A stretch of DNA of 64,000 nt from the NCBI GenBank assembly GCA_964016885.1, contig OZ024754.1, positions 10,292,001 through 10,356,000 on the forward strand, read 5' to 3'. Position numbers and translations under genes: made by a program. The notes under the pieces are model-generated. The model was not told the DNA's origin, did no database searches, and was given only the letters and a program-made list of their open reading frames with translations. Below are positions 1-12,715 of this stretch, one piece after another; positions within the stretch are counted from its first letter, which is position 1; each line of letters opens with the position of its first letter. The DNA comes from Eledone cirrhosa. Its lineage: Eukaryota.

Positions 1-44
1 TCAAGATCCCAGACTGCATTTGCTTACCAAGTGGGTGGAACTCA

Positions 45-243
45 TCAAATCGGATCAAGGGAACAACGTTTCCATTGGTCTTTCCATTGCTGATGCTATC
101 TACCGGTCGCAAATCCTGACAGAGAGAGCTACATGAAATATAGTGTCTTGTTCAAGGACATAACACATTGCTCGATCTGGGTATTGAACTCACAACCTCA
201 TGATAGCAAATCCAATTCTCTAACCACTAAGCCGTGCCTTCAC
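45..243 (-). mobile_element. tRNA-derived SINE with CORE-like segment
   Basis: Reverse complement of the copy at 57416-57637; A-box-like TGGCTNAGTGG, B-box-like GTTCAAT, then a TGTCCTTGARCAAGACACT CORE-like motif. Confidence 0.8.
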
Positions 244-579
244 TTCATGAATATACTGGCTTAATTACCAGTAAGATAAATAACAAAATAAAAACTTAAA
301 ACGTTCAGTTTGTGGATGAATATGTTTGCATAAAGAAGAGGCGGGGAAGGGTAATTATTGAAGTTCTGTGTATGTGGAATATATAACAAATGTAAAATAT
401 TCTCTTGAATCTGTAACAGGAATCAAACAGATATTAGTCATGAAGGGTCATGGACAGTGGTTTCTTTTATGTCAATCACATTAGCAGGGAGATCAAAAAT
501 TCAAATGTGGGAATAAAATGTTATGATTGGGTTTAGTAGAAAAGGAGTCAATATCGATCTCGGCTGAAGAATAAAACAA

Positions 580-800
580 TGTGTTGTTATATTTGGGGAG
601 GGTCATGTTGTCCTAATATTGCCAAATATAATAACTGTTTGGTTTGGTTTTCGCTTCAGTATATTTTAATATTTTTATAAATAATTTAGCTGGCAATCAA
701 TGTTTATCATTGATTGATCAACAGTTAAAAATATAAATATAAATATAATTTATCAGTTCTTTCATCACACAATTTTGTGATATCTTCAGTGATTATTACA
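580..800 (-). mobile_element. Old Penelope-like pLTR/3' UTR remnant
   Basis: ttgttatatttggggagggtcat...taatattgcca...ctgtttggtt...ttttcgcttc matches 47592-47677; hammerhead-like core at the equivalent position (752-793). Confidence 0.7.
752..793 (-). ncRNA. Degenerate type I hammerhead ribozyme motif
   Basis: Minus strand: auca CUGAAGA u aucaca-aaauug-ugugau GAAA gaac ugau; 6-bp stem II and 4-bp stem I, but the cleavage triplet is not NUH. Confidence 0.5.
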
Positions 801-2418
801 GTGTTTCCTCCCATTGTATTAGATAGAATATAAATATAAACACATAAACACATGCAGACTCAGACACAACCAAACAGAATACACATACAAAAACGCATAC
901 AGAAATAGAGACCCCCCAATGTTATAGAGAGGTTGTCTTACTGGACTCAATAACCCTCTCTGCCTAATATCAGTTTTTATTCAGAGTGTCTACTCTCCTA
1001 GACAGGTTACCTTAACTATGACTTATGGAGTCCACGTCAGCTCTGAAATATATTCCTTGAAAATGAGAGTCCACCCAGAATGTTATCGATTCACCAAACA
1101 CCCTCTCCTCCCTGACCAAAGCTGGGTGAAGGATCTATAATAATAACTAATCTAATATTTAACCTTTCCTGCCTTTATTAGGGTCATTACTCTACCATTT
1201 CCACATCATTCAGGTACAAAAGAGCTTTGATTTCGGTTTAGTTTTTTTGATGTCACAAATAACTGATAAAAAAAATAAATTCCCTATTGAAAGTCTGACT
1301 TGTTAATATGCATAAAGTGGAGAGATAGTTTACAGAATGATAAGCTTTTGTATCGTATTAGAATATATGTTTAATGATACCCGGGTTGAAGGAAATATAT
1401 CTATATTGGAAATACTGAAGAAAATTAGGGGACATCAACGACAACAACACAAGAATTGTTTTAAGGATATTTTCCCTGCTAAAGCAAAAGCTAGCCTTGT
1501 GAGCCCCATTAAAAACTTTTCCATTTTGCTTTATCCACTGCATCTCCCCTCGCCAATCCCCGGCTTTCATTTCCTCCTCCATCATCTTCAGCAAATAGCC
1601 ATGTCTTTCTAGTTTTGTTATTTTTTCCCTACTTCCTTCCACATTCATTTTCATTCATTTTCATCTCACGCCTGATCCAGTAACTTTCATTGGAATAGTA
1701 TAAATAAAATAAAATGAAATAAAAATAAACCACACAGCATCATTAGGGTTAACTTTACAGAGATTTGAATGAAGCAGGGATGTGAACAGAGATACTTGGT
1801 TAGCTTGTTAAGAAGCTGATAAGGAAATAGCTTCAAATGTACTACTGCAACGTGGAGGAGGAGGAAGAGAGGAAAATGAGAAAAGAGATGAGGATGGGGT
1901 GTGTAGAAATATAATAGAGAGGACAAGAAGAAGAGGGAAAAGATAAAGTATAGATGGCGCTAAGAGAAGAGTAGAATGACAATGAGCAGAGGAAAAAAAA
2001 ATACTTGGAAAAAAAAATAGATAAATAGTATATAAATAAATAAAAGGTGTAGATGAGTGGATGAAAAGAGAATGAATGAGAAGAATTAATAAGATGACAA
2101 GATAAATACCACTGAAGATGAAAACAAGAGCGAAAACTACAACAACAAGAAATTGTTGGGAAGGAATTTAAAATGTAAAGAGCCATAAAGTAGCTAACAG
2201 TATTTAACAGCTGGTTTCATCACTCTACAGAAAAATACATTGTAGTGATAAAGAGTATGGGGAGATAATTAGACACTCCCAATAGATATGAGAGAATAAT
2301 AACAATGGTGGTGGTGAGGATATGAGGGAGAAGAGGGGGGAGGAGTAGGAGAGGAAAGAGGGTCAGTTATAATAATTAGTAATACAATGTGAGTTGTGTG
2401 TGTGTGTGGGGGGGGGGA

Positions 2419-2830
2419 GGCAGTGGATTTGGCAGAATTGGTAGAGCGTCGAACAACATATTTGCAGCGTGGTTATGGCCTTTTACATTCTGAGTTCAAA
2501 TCCCACCAAGGTTAGCCTTGCCTTTCATCCTTAAGGGGCCAATAAAATAAAGTACCAGTCACGCACTGGGGTCAATCTAATTGACTTTCCCCCCTTCCCC
2601 CAAAAAATTGTTGCTCTAGTGTCTAAATCATTATTATTGGCAGTATCGGTAGAGAGTTGGATGCCATGCTTTGCAACATGGAGTTACGGCCCTTTACGAG
2701 CCGAGTTCAAATCCTGCCGAGATTAACTTTCTTTGCCTTTCATCCTTACGGGGGCCGATAAAATAAAGTACCAGTTATGCACTGGAGTAATTGCTGGCCT
2801 TGTGCCAAAAGTAGAAACAATTATTACTAT
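2419..2830 (+). mobile_element. Two tandem tRNA-derived SINEs (long and short subtypes) with Nin/Deu-like central domain
   Basis: TGGCAGAATTGGTAGAGC A-box, GAGTTCAAATCC B-box, GCCTTTCATCCTT..GGGG.CGATAAAATAAAGTACCAG domain, ATT-rich tail. Confidence 0.85.
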
Positions 2831-4459
2831 TATTACTACAACCGTAATAATTATTGTTTTGTGGTGTAAAGAGACATCAGATTTATCCTGTACTTAATAA
2901 CAAAAAAAAACAAAAAAAAACAAAAATCTTTTTTATGGATTAACTTCCCAATAAAACATTTGAACAGCCGCCCTATTTGATTTGGAATGCAAAAATAAGG
3001 TTTGTCCTTGGACATTTTCTATATTTTATATTTATATAAATATTCATTTAATCAAGTGTTAACATGGCATCTACTTCTTGAGCAGCAAGAGCTGCTCGTC
3101 AAACAATCATACCCTAAAGGAAAAATTGCAAAAACTAGAATAAGATGAAATACAAAGAAAAAATGGAGGAAAAAAATACAACAAAAAAAAAAAACGAACA
3201 CAAACTTAATATAAATGAACAGCTAAACACAACAGAAATTGACATTAACAAATAATAATGGTGGTGGTATTTTTAATAATGTTAATATCAATAGCAGCAG
3301 TTTTGTTAACATTGCTAATGAAAAGGCGGTGTCACTGTAACTTAACCCTCCAGCAGAGAAAAATAAGATGAAAGAATTGTGTTATGGAAGATAACACCTC
3401 TTTGCTTTTGAAATAGATTGACATACTGGCTTGGAGGAGAGCAACATACCCTTGCTTTGCCAGAAACATGGTGGGTCTCCTATAATATATCAAAAGAACA
3501 AATGGATGAAGCCCTGGCCAACGTCTGGTGCAATGTGTGTGATATAAACGAGAGCAAGGTATATTGGTATATTGCAGTGTCTGCCTGGTTTTTCAGATAG
3601 CAGATCGGTGACGGTAGGCAGAGTTGGTGTGTTACACACCTGCCACATTATATGATACTAGGTCGTGGAGGTGCCACGGCAAAAAAAGCCTTGTCTTTAG
3701 TACCCAGAGCTGACAAACAAGAAAATGGGGAGCCCATCTCTCAGTAACACAACCTCATCATCATAAGACAATATGGAAAGATGGAAACTGGAGACTGAAT
3801 GAAAAACCATGTGGTGGGGTGGGCTGGGGGTGGGCTGGGAGAGGGGGCAAAAAATGGACACAAGAGAAATAATGCCCTCACCTCCACCATGACCACCACC
3901 ACCACCAAAGGAGAGCAAAATACACCCTTGTCACTCCCCCCTGCCCCCCACTCCCCTGGGACTGCAGTATGAAATTCTCAAACTTTAGAAGCTGATGGAC
4001 AAGAAAGAGCTGATGAATCATCTGATCCAGTTGAGGGGGTGAGGTTCGGGGGGGGGGGGTTTCTGGTGCTAATGTGCTGATTGGGGAGTAAATAGGATTA
4101 GATGTCAAACAGTTAAAAGATAAACTGCTGGTGAAAAGCAAACTGGCAGCCTATCAAAAACTACATGTTAAACTTTAGAGAAGATGTGGCGAGATTTGAA
4201 ATTGGTCCAACAAGGAAAATGCTCCCAGGCACTTTTCAGGAGTTTCCCAGGCTCCATTACTAGTGAGGATGTGTGAGGAAGGGGACGGGGGAACATCAGC
4301 TACTCTGAACCAACCAAGCCCCACCCCACACACACGTGAGTGAACAGGTTGCCCTTGTGTGTTTATATTTATATTTATTTTACATAATTTATCTTGTGTT
4401 TATTTTCTAATAAGTCTTAAAATACTGAATAATGCCTCACCTCATTTTATATGTATATA

Positions 4460-4554
4460 TGTGTGTGTGTGTGAGAGTGAGAGTGAGTGAGTGTGAGTGA
4501 GTGAGTGAGAGTGAGTGTGAGGGTGTGAGGGTGTGAGGGTGTGAGGGTGTGAGG

Positions 4555-4591
<37 letters not shown>

Positions 4592-4890
4592 CGAGTGAGT
4601 GTGTGAGTGAGTGTGTGACTGAGTGTGGGTGTGAGTGAGTGTGTGAGTGAGTGAGTGAGTGTGTGAGTGAGTGTGTGTGTGAGGGTGTGAGTGAGTGTGT
4701 GAATGAGTGAGTGTGAGTGAGTGAGTGTGAGAGAGTGTGTGTGTGTGTGTGTGTGTGTGAGCGAGTGTGTGAGTGTGAGTGTGGGTGAGTGTGGGTGAGT
4801 GTGTGAGTGAGTGAGAGTGTGAGCGAGTGAGTGTGTGAGTGTGTGTGACTGAGTGTGTGTGTGTGTGTGTGTGTGAGTGTGTGTGTATGC
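4460..4890. repeat. (GT)n/(GAGT)n compound microsatellite
   Basis: Direct reading. Confidence 0.95.
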
Positions 4891-5034
4891 ATGTATGTAT
4901 GTATGATAAACACACACACACACACACACATTTAACTGTGCATCCCCATACATCCTTTAAACCCTTTGTATCATGATGTGTATGAATGAATGCCATAACA
5001 AATAAAGTAAACACACTACTACTACTACTATTAA

Positions 5035-5220
5035 TAATAATTGTTTCTACTTTAGGCACAAGGCCAGCAATTACCCAGTGCATTACTGGTACTTTATTTT
5101 ATCTACCCTGTAAGGATGAAAGGCAAAATTAACCTCGGCGGGATTTGAACTCAGATCATAAAGAGGCTTCACCGTATGCCATAAAGTATATTGTCCGATG
5201 CTCTACCGATTCTGCCAATC
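5035..5220 (-). mobile_element. Nin/Deu-like SINE, short subtype
   Basis: Reverse complement of the 2638-2830 family. Confidence 0.85.
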
Positions 5221-5414
5221 TATTAATAATAAAAATACGCTGAATAAAGAGGTAGATCAATATAAGGAAACATTAAAACATCATTTTTCTATGTGACACC
5301 CCCACCACCACCACCCCAGGGTGTGTGGAGAGGGAGTGTGAAGAAATAGAGAGAAAAAGAAAGAAAAGAGAGTGTGGGAGAGAGTGGGAGAAAGAGAGAG
5401 AGAATTGAATAGGG

Positions 5415-5775
5415 AGGGAGACAGAGTGAGAAAGAGAGGAAGACAGAGTGAGAAAGAGAGGAAGACAGAGTGAGAAAGAGAGGAAGACAGAGTGAGAAAG
5501 AGAGGAAGACAGAGTGAGAAAGAGAGGAAGACAGAGTGAGAAAGAGAGGGAGACAGAGTGAGAAAGAGAGGGAGACAGTGAGAAAGAGACAGAGGGAGAC
5601 AGAGTGAGTGAGAGAGAGAGGGAGACATAGTGAATGAGAGAGAGAGAGGAAGACAGAGTGAGAGGGAGGGAGACAGAGTGAGAGAGAGGGAGGGAGACAG
5701 AGTGAGAGAGAGGTAGAGAGAGAGAGAGTGAGAGAGAGGTAGAGAGAGAGAGAGGTAGAAAGAGAGAGAGACTGC
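5415..5775. repeat. 22-bp GA-rich minisatellite (AGACAGAGTGAGAAAGAGAGGA) decaying into (GA)n
   Basis: Direct reading. Confidence 0.9.
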
Positions 5776-5899
5776 AAGTTGGTAAACTCTACATGATGAT
5801 ATGAAAAGAATCAAGTCAACCTTATTTTCATCCACAAGATTTGGTGAACCAATAACTCTGCCTCTCCTCATCTCCCTCCCCTCCCCTGCCTCTCCCTCT

Positions 5900-6672
5900 A
5901 CATGTCTGTACATGTAGGTGTGTGTGTGTGTGTGTGATTGTGTGTGTACATGTGTACGTTTGTATGTGTGTCTGTGTGTGTCGTACGTTTGTATGTGTGT
6001 CTGTGTGTGTCGTACGTTTGTATGTGTGTCTGTGTGTGTGTGTCTGTGTCTGTGTGTCTGTGTCTGTGTGTGTCTGTGTCTGTGTGTGTGTATGTGTGTC
6101 TGTCTGTGTCCATCTGTGTGTGTGTTAACATATCTGCCTGTCTGTGTGTGTCTGTGTGTGTGTATGTGTCTGTGTGTGTGTGTGTGTACACGTTTGCCTT
6201 TCTGAGTGTGTCTGTGTCCATCTGTGTATGTGTCCATCTCTGTGTGTGTGTGTGTGTACATGTCTGCCTGTGTGTGTGTGTGTATGTGTCCATCTGTGTG
6301 TGTGTGTGTGTGTGTGTACATGTCTGCCTGTGTGTGTGTGTATGTGTCCATCTCTGTGTGTGTGTGTGTGTGTGTGTACATGTCTGCCTGTGTGTGTGTG
6401 TGTGTATGTGTCCATCTGTGTGTGTGTGTACGTGTGTCATTGGTCAAATATGTCCCTTTGTTAGTAACTGCCCCCCAAACATACTTTAGCTGAAATATGA
6501 TTATTACTGTGTGATGTGTGAATAATAGACAAATGTCTAGAGATAAGCATGTGTGTGTGTGCATGCATGTGCACACGTGTATGTGTGTGTCTGCGTGTGT
6601 GCATGTGCACACGTGTATGTGTGTGTCTGCGTGTGTGCATGTGCACACGTGTATGTGTGAATGTGTGTGTGT
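5900..6672. repeat. (TG)n-based compound repeats
   Basis: Direct reading. Confidence 0.9.
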
Positions 6673-6736
6673 GTTGGACATATGGATTTAAGCAGATAAG
6701 TTGGTGTGTGTATGTAGTTGCAATAATTTTAGGGTT

Positions 6737-7315
6737 GATGGTGATGGTGATATCTGTGATGGTGATGTCTGTGATGGTGATGTCTGTGATGGTGATGTCT
6801 GTGATGGTGATGTCTGTGATGGTGATGTCTGTGATGGTGATGTCTGTGATGGTGATGTCTGTGATGGTGATGTCTGTGATGGTGATGTCTGTGATGGTGA
6901 TGTCTGTGATGGTGATATCTGTGATGGTGATATCTGTGATGGTGATGTCTGTGATGGTGATGTCTGTGATGGTGATATCTGTGATGGTGATGTCTGTGAT
7001 GGTGATGTCTGTGATGGTGATGTCTGTGATGGTGATATCTGTGATGGTGATGTCTGTGATGGTGATGTCTGTGATGGTGATGGTGATATCTGTGATGGTG
7101 ATGTCTGTGATGGTGATATCTGTGATGGTGATATCTGTGATGGTGATATCTGTGATGGTGATATCTGTGATGGTGATATCTGTAATGGTGATGTCTGTGA
7201 TGGTGATATCTGTGATGGTGATATCTGTGATGGTGATGTCTGTGATGGTGATGTCTGTGATGGTGATGTCTGTGATGGTGATATCTGTGATGGTGATGTC
7301 TGTGATGGTGATGTC
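6737..7315. repeat. 15-bp minisatellite GATGGTGATRTCTGT, about 38 copies
   Basis: Direct reading; single G/A variable site; one 6-bp slip near 7080. Confidence 0.95.
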
Positions 7316-7440
7316 AGAGATAAAAAACAATAAGAGGCAGTTAGTTCTATGACTAAGAATTTCATACTTAAACTAAAATCTTTCATTACAATTCTATGCA
7401 AGAACCTTTTAAGTTATGCCCACAAACACTAGTTATGTGT

Positions 7441-7700
7441 AGCATCATCATCGTTTTAACGTCTGCTTTCATTTCCCTGCTAGCAAGGGTTGGGTCGGTC
7501 TACATAGTCAAAGTCAGTACTGCAGTGGTGCCACTGATCACCCAGCAAGGCCAGGCATCTGTGCCTCGCCTATATACAGTTGGCGCTCCACCAAGCGTTC
7601 AGGAGAGGTTGTCATGTCTTTGATATAACTGAGAATCCTTCCAAGCCTTTGTTTGGCAAGATCTCTATGGCTGGATTCCAGCATGGACTGGTGTGTTTAA
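7441..7700 (-). mobile_element. Decayed SINE with (CAT)n tail
   Basis: catcatcatcgttttaacgtc...ctatggctggat matches the family at 22343 and 46595. Confidence 0.55.
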
Positions 7701-7892
7701 CCTAAACAAAAAACAATTGTTTTCACTAAATTCCACTAAATTCTTGATGCATGGGCATTATATTTCATTAGAAAGGGTTAACAATGTTAATTGTTAGTCA
7801 ACTTAAGATGGTGCATATATTTCTTTAAGTACAATATGTCTCTTCTCGGTATGCCTCGTAATAAAAGGCTATCAACAACATTGGAATGTGAC

Positions 7893-8126
7893 TTAACCCT
7901 TTAACATTGAAAAACACCCATATCCAGCCAGAATTCTCTCACCTCTTTCTGTTCAAACTGGCCATAAATGGCCACTCATACTGACGTTAAGGTATTGTTC
8001 TCAAAATAAATAACATCAAAATCTTGTAGATTCGATGTAATGTGAAATAATTATGTAAGATAAAGCCTTTACCACAAAAATACAATAGTATATATATAGA
8101 GAGTAATGTAAATGCTAAAGGTTTAA
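7893..8126 (+). mobile_element. piggyBac-type MITE
   Basis: TTAA-CCCTTTA.CATT ... AAATGCTAAAGG-TTTAA termini; homologous to 21292, 43998 and 57377. Confidence 0.75.
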
Positions 8127-9196
8127 CAAAAGCAGGCACCATTCTTATCTTTGTTTCTGGAGATTCACAAGAATATTCCATCCAAATACCAACATATCTC
8201 AGCAATACACAGTTTTATAGTTCAAACACATTTCACTAAAGCAGGTTAGATAGGTTGATCACTATTTTTCATACACTGGCCTTTCCACAGTTAGCTTTGA
8301 CTTTTGAACCAAACTTCCTTGAAACCAAATTATTCTTAGCTTCAGTGACTAATTTAACATCTAATATATTCACCAAACTTTCAATTAAAAACCCCAAAAT
8401 TAAGAAAAGTTCAAGTAGTTTAAATATTTTTCTTAAAATTTAGCATGTGGACGCAGGAGGGAATAATACAATTAATCTCATTTTTCTTTTCTCAATAATT
8501 GATTTGTAAATTTTCTCCCCTCTTCTAGCGAATCAGCTATCGCTGGTATCCAATTAATTTCCTTATTACTATGACTCAGGTTCCACGAAAAGATGTCAGG
8601 CAGCTTTGCTTGGCATCTCACAAGCTAATATTGCAATCAGCACGTTATATAAATAAATTGTGGCCCCTAACATGACACCAGCATAATAACTATTTTACCA
8701 AGTAAATACATGAGCGCAAATACATCAACTACCTTCATCATTGTTATCAAACAGAGAATATTTAGATAAACTGAAGAGTGGTAGAATCTAGAAGAAATCA
8801 CCAGATAGATAGCAAACATATTGTTATACCACTATTGAAGACTGTTTAATAGGGGCTAAAGGTGCTCTGAAATTAAAACTCAAATTTGATTTCCAATAAG
8901 TTTACAGGAAATAAATAATATAAATATATTTTGCAACTTCTTGAACAGCTAATAAAATGTTCAATATTATTGTTGGAAAATTTAATTTCCTAAATAATGA
9001 TCTGATAATTAAATGTAACTCCTACACACAAGAGATGTGCCAGTCTTGTAGGCTGACATTCTCAGTTGGTCATATCAGCAATCTAAATGGAAATGATCAG
9101 AACTAGAGACAAATACAAAACACAGTGAAGTATTAGCTGATATTTGAACTCAGCATTAATGACAGTCTCTTTGGAACTATATTCTTATTTAAAATT

Positions 9197-9244
<48 letters not shown>

Positions 9245-9427
9245 TGACAATAGGTCAAAGTTGTATATTAAGGCATAAAATGTATGATTATATAAGAATA
9301 GCAATATGAAATGAAAATGTATATTAATAGCTATAGGAATGGAAAGTGGAAGTAACTAGGAACAGTTCTCCAACTGATGAACAAGGAGGGAAATTGATGT
9401 TTTATTCAATGCATAATCATAAACTCT

Positions 9428-10015
9428 ACCATCACCATCACTACCATCACCATCACCACCATCACCGCCAACATCATCACAATCACCATCACCACAATCA
9501 CCATCACCACAATCACCATCACCACCACAATCACAATCACCATCACCACCACCACCACCACCATCATCAACATCCCCACCACCGTCACCATCACCATCAC
9601 CGTCACCATCATCATCATCATCCCCCACCACTGTCACCACCATCATCAACCCCACCACCATCACCATTCCCCACCACCACCATCATCACCACCACCGTCA
9701 CAAACCACCACCACCGTCACCATCATCAACCTCCACCACCACCACCACCATCACCCCAACACCCCACCACCACCACCCCAACACCATCACCCCACCACCA
9801 CCACCACCACCACCACCATCACCATCACCCCACCACCATCACCCCACCACCATCACCCCAACACCATCACCCCACCACCATCACCCCAACACCATCACCC
9901 CACCACCACCACCACCACCATCACCATCACCCCAACACCATCACCCCACCACCATCACCCCAACACCATCACCCCACCACCACCACCACCACCACCACCA
10001 CCACCACCATCATTA
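9428..10015. repeat. (CAC/CAT)n trinucleotide compound repeat
   Basis: Direct reading. Confidence 0.95.
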
Positions 10016-10029
10016 CAAATCAACAATAG

Positions 10030-10245
10030 TTTGCGAAGTGTATAAATTTGTTTCTTTAAGTCTTGCATGAAATTGAGTGATTCTCCTTGGCCAATACCAG
10101 AACTCACACTATGTTCATCTTTACAATAACCATTAAATAATACCATCTAGAAATACTTCAACTTCTCAACATCCATTTCACCAAATTTCCATTCTCATCA
10201 CATAGTTAAGTCTTCTTTACTGTCTCTCAATACAACATCTAATCC
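10030..10245 (-). pseudogene. Possible highly decayed LINE RT fragment
   Basis: VLFNGYCKDEHSVSSGIGQGESL resembles the LINE RT VxVNG...GVxQGSVL motif. Confidence 0.35.
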
Positions 10246-10686
10246 AGCATTCATCCGTCTCTCTCTCTCTCTCTCTCTCACCCATCTTCTCTCTTTCTCT
10301 TTCTCTCTCACCCATCTTCTCTCTCTCTCTTTCTATGTCACCCATCTGCTCTCTCTCTCTCTCACCAATCCTCTCTCTCAAGTAACACCAGAACACTAGG
10401 ATTCAACTTGAAAGAATAGCAAGGAGAAATAAGATTGACACTTTCCACCACTCTTTTCTCTCTGTAATAGCTCAGAAAGAATGTGAATAAGCTTTGCATT
10501 ACAATATCAGTAAGATCCATGAATGGCAAAGTCATAGGAGCGTGAGGCAAAATGCTTTGTGATATTTCTTCAAGCTGAGGAACATTTGATGGTAAAATGT
10601 GGGTTGGAGGGTCAGTTTATATACACCATCTAAACAGCATGTTGGTTACTGCCTCAGCTTATAAATGGGTTTGGATTTTTGCCCAG

Positions 10687-10782
10687 TTCTCAGACATAAA
10701 ATAATTGTTTCTACTTTAGGCACAAGGCCAACAATTACCCAGTGCATTACTGGTACTTTATTTTTCTCAGACATAAAATAAT
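10687..10782 (-). mobile_element. 5'-truncated SINE with 19-bp TSD
   Basis: TTCTCAGACATAAAATAAT at 10687-10705 and 10764-10782 flanks about 58 bp of SINE 3' end. Confidence 0.85.
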
Positions 10783-11004
10783 GGAGCGGGGTCAGCTTAT
10801 ATATTCCGTACTTTACATCCTACCATCATTAACTTTGCCTTCCATTCTTGTAGTGTTGATAAAATAAACTACAAGTCTAGAGCAGTAGATGGGCAGAATT
10901 GTTAGAGCATTTGATGAGATGCCTTGTGTTGTTTGTTCCAGCTATCACAGGGTGGTGATTAGCAGTATTGGTAGAGTGTTGGACGACATCATGCTTCCCA
11001 GCAT

Positions 11005-12098
11005 AGAGAAGGCGTTTCTCCAGAGAAGGCGTTTCTCCAGAGAAGGCGTTTCTCCAGAGAAGGTGTTTCTCCAGAGAAGGTGTTTCTCCAGAGAAGGTGT
11101 TTCTCCAGAGAAGGTGTTTCTCCAGAGAAAGTGTTTCTCCAGAGAAGGTGTTTCTCCAGAGAAAGTGTTTCTCCAGAGAAAGTGTTTCTCCAGAGAAGGT
11201 GTTTCTCCAGAGAAGGTGTTTCTCCAGAGAAAGTGTTTCTCCAGAGAAGGTGTTTCTCCAGAGAAGGTGTTTCTCCAGAGAAGGTGTTTCTCCAGAGAAG
11301 GTGTTTCTCCAGAGAAGGTGTTTCTCCAGAGGAGGTGTTTCTCCAGAGAAAGTGTTTCTCCAGAGAAGGTGTTTCTCCAGAGAAAGTGTTTCTCCAGAGA
11401 AGGTGTTTCTCCAGAGAAAGTGTTTCTCCAGAGAAAGTGTTTCTCCAGAGAAGGTGTTTCTCCAGAGAAAGTGTTTCTCCAGAGAAGGTGTTTCTCCAGA
11501 GAAAGTGTTTCTCCAGAGAAAGTGTTTCTCCAGAGAAGGTGTTTCTCCAGAGAAGGTGTTTCTCCAGAGAAGGTGTTTCTCCAGAGAAGGTGTTTCTCCA
11601 GAGAAGGTGTTTCTCCAGAGAAGGTGTTTCTCCAGAGAAAGTGTTTCTCCAGAGAAAGTGTTTCTCCAGAGAAAGTGTTTCTCCAGAGAAGGTGTTTCTC
11701 CAGAGAAAGTGTTTCTCCAGAGAAGGCGTTTCTCCAGAGAAGGCGTTTCTCCAGAGAAGGTGTTTCTCCAGAGAAGGTGTTTCTCCAGAGAAAGTGTTTC
11801 TCCAGAGAAGGTGTTTCTCCAGAGAAGGTGTTTCTCCAGAGAAGGTGTTTCTCCAGAGAAGGTGTTTCTCCAGAGAAGGTGTTTCTCCAGAGAAGGTGTT
11901 TCTCCAGAGAAGGTGTTTCTCCAGAGAAAGTGTTTCTCCAGAGAAAGTGTTTCTCCAGAGAAGGTGTTTCTCCAGAGAAAGTGTTTCTCCAGAGAAGGTG
12001 TTTCTCCAGAGAAAGTGTTTCTCCAGAGAAGGCGTTTCTCCAGAGAAGGTGTTTCTCCAGAGAAGGTGTTTCTCCAGAGAAGGTGTTTCTCCAGAGAA
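11005..12098. repeat. 17-bp minisatellite GYGTTTCTCCAGAGAAR, about 64 copies
   Basis: Direct reading; internal inverted repeat TTCTC/GAGAA. Confidence 0.97.
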
Positions 12099-12517
12099 TG
12101 ACGAGGGAGATGTGCTGGAAGACCTATTCTAGCTCATTTGGCTCACACCTGTGGGTAGCCAACTGTATCTCCTTTCTGTGTATCCCTTGCAAGACCCCGA
12201 ACATTTTCAAGTCATATCTCACTGTGAAATAGCACACTTATGAAAACATATATATATCATCATCATCATCATCATCATTTTTCCCTGCTTGCAAGGGTGG
12301 AACGAAGTTAGACAATCCTAACAGAAACATCTGATTTCGTTCATCAGATGAAATATCTCTCAGTTAGAATTGTCTAACTTCGTGAAACCTTGGGTAATGG
12401 AATAATTATATTGTTGTTTATTACATAATTAAATAGCTCTGTTCTATACATAGAGCACTCTTCTTCCATTTATCTTTTCTACAGAAATACTTAAAGCATA
12501 TATATATATATATATAC

Positions 12518-12715
<198 letters not shown>

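Noticed and set aside
6461-7401. ITDIT/SPSQT/DGDVC repeat proteins
   Set aside because: 15-bp minisatellite open in several frames; no splice or domain evidence
9346-10029. His/Pro-rich ORF (also 32376-33530)
   Set aside because: Trinucleotide repeat translation
10889-12232. 447-aa ORF and overlapping frames
   Set aside because: Translation of a stop-free 17-bp satellite
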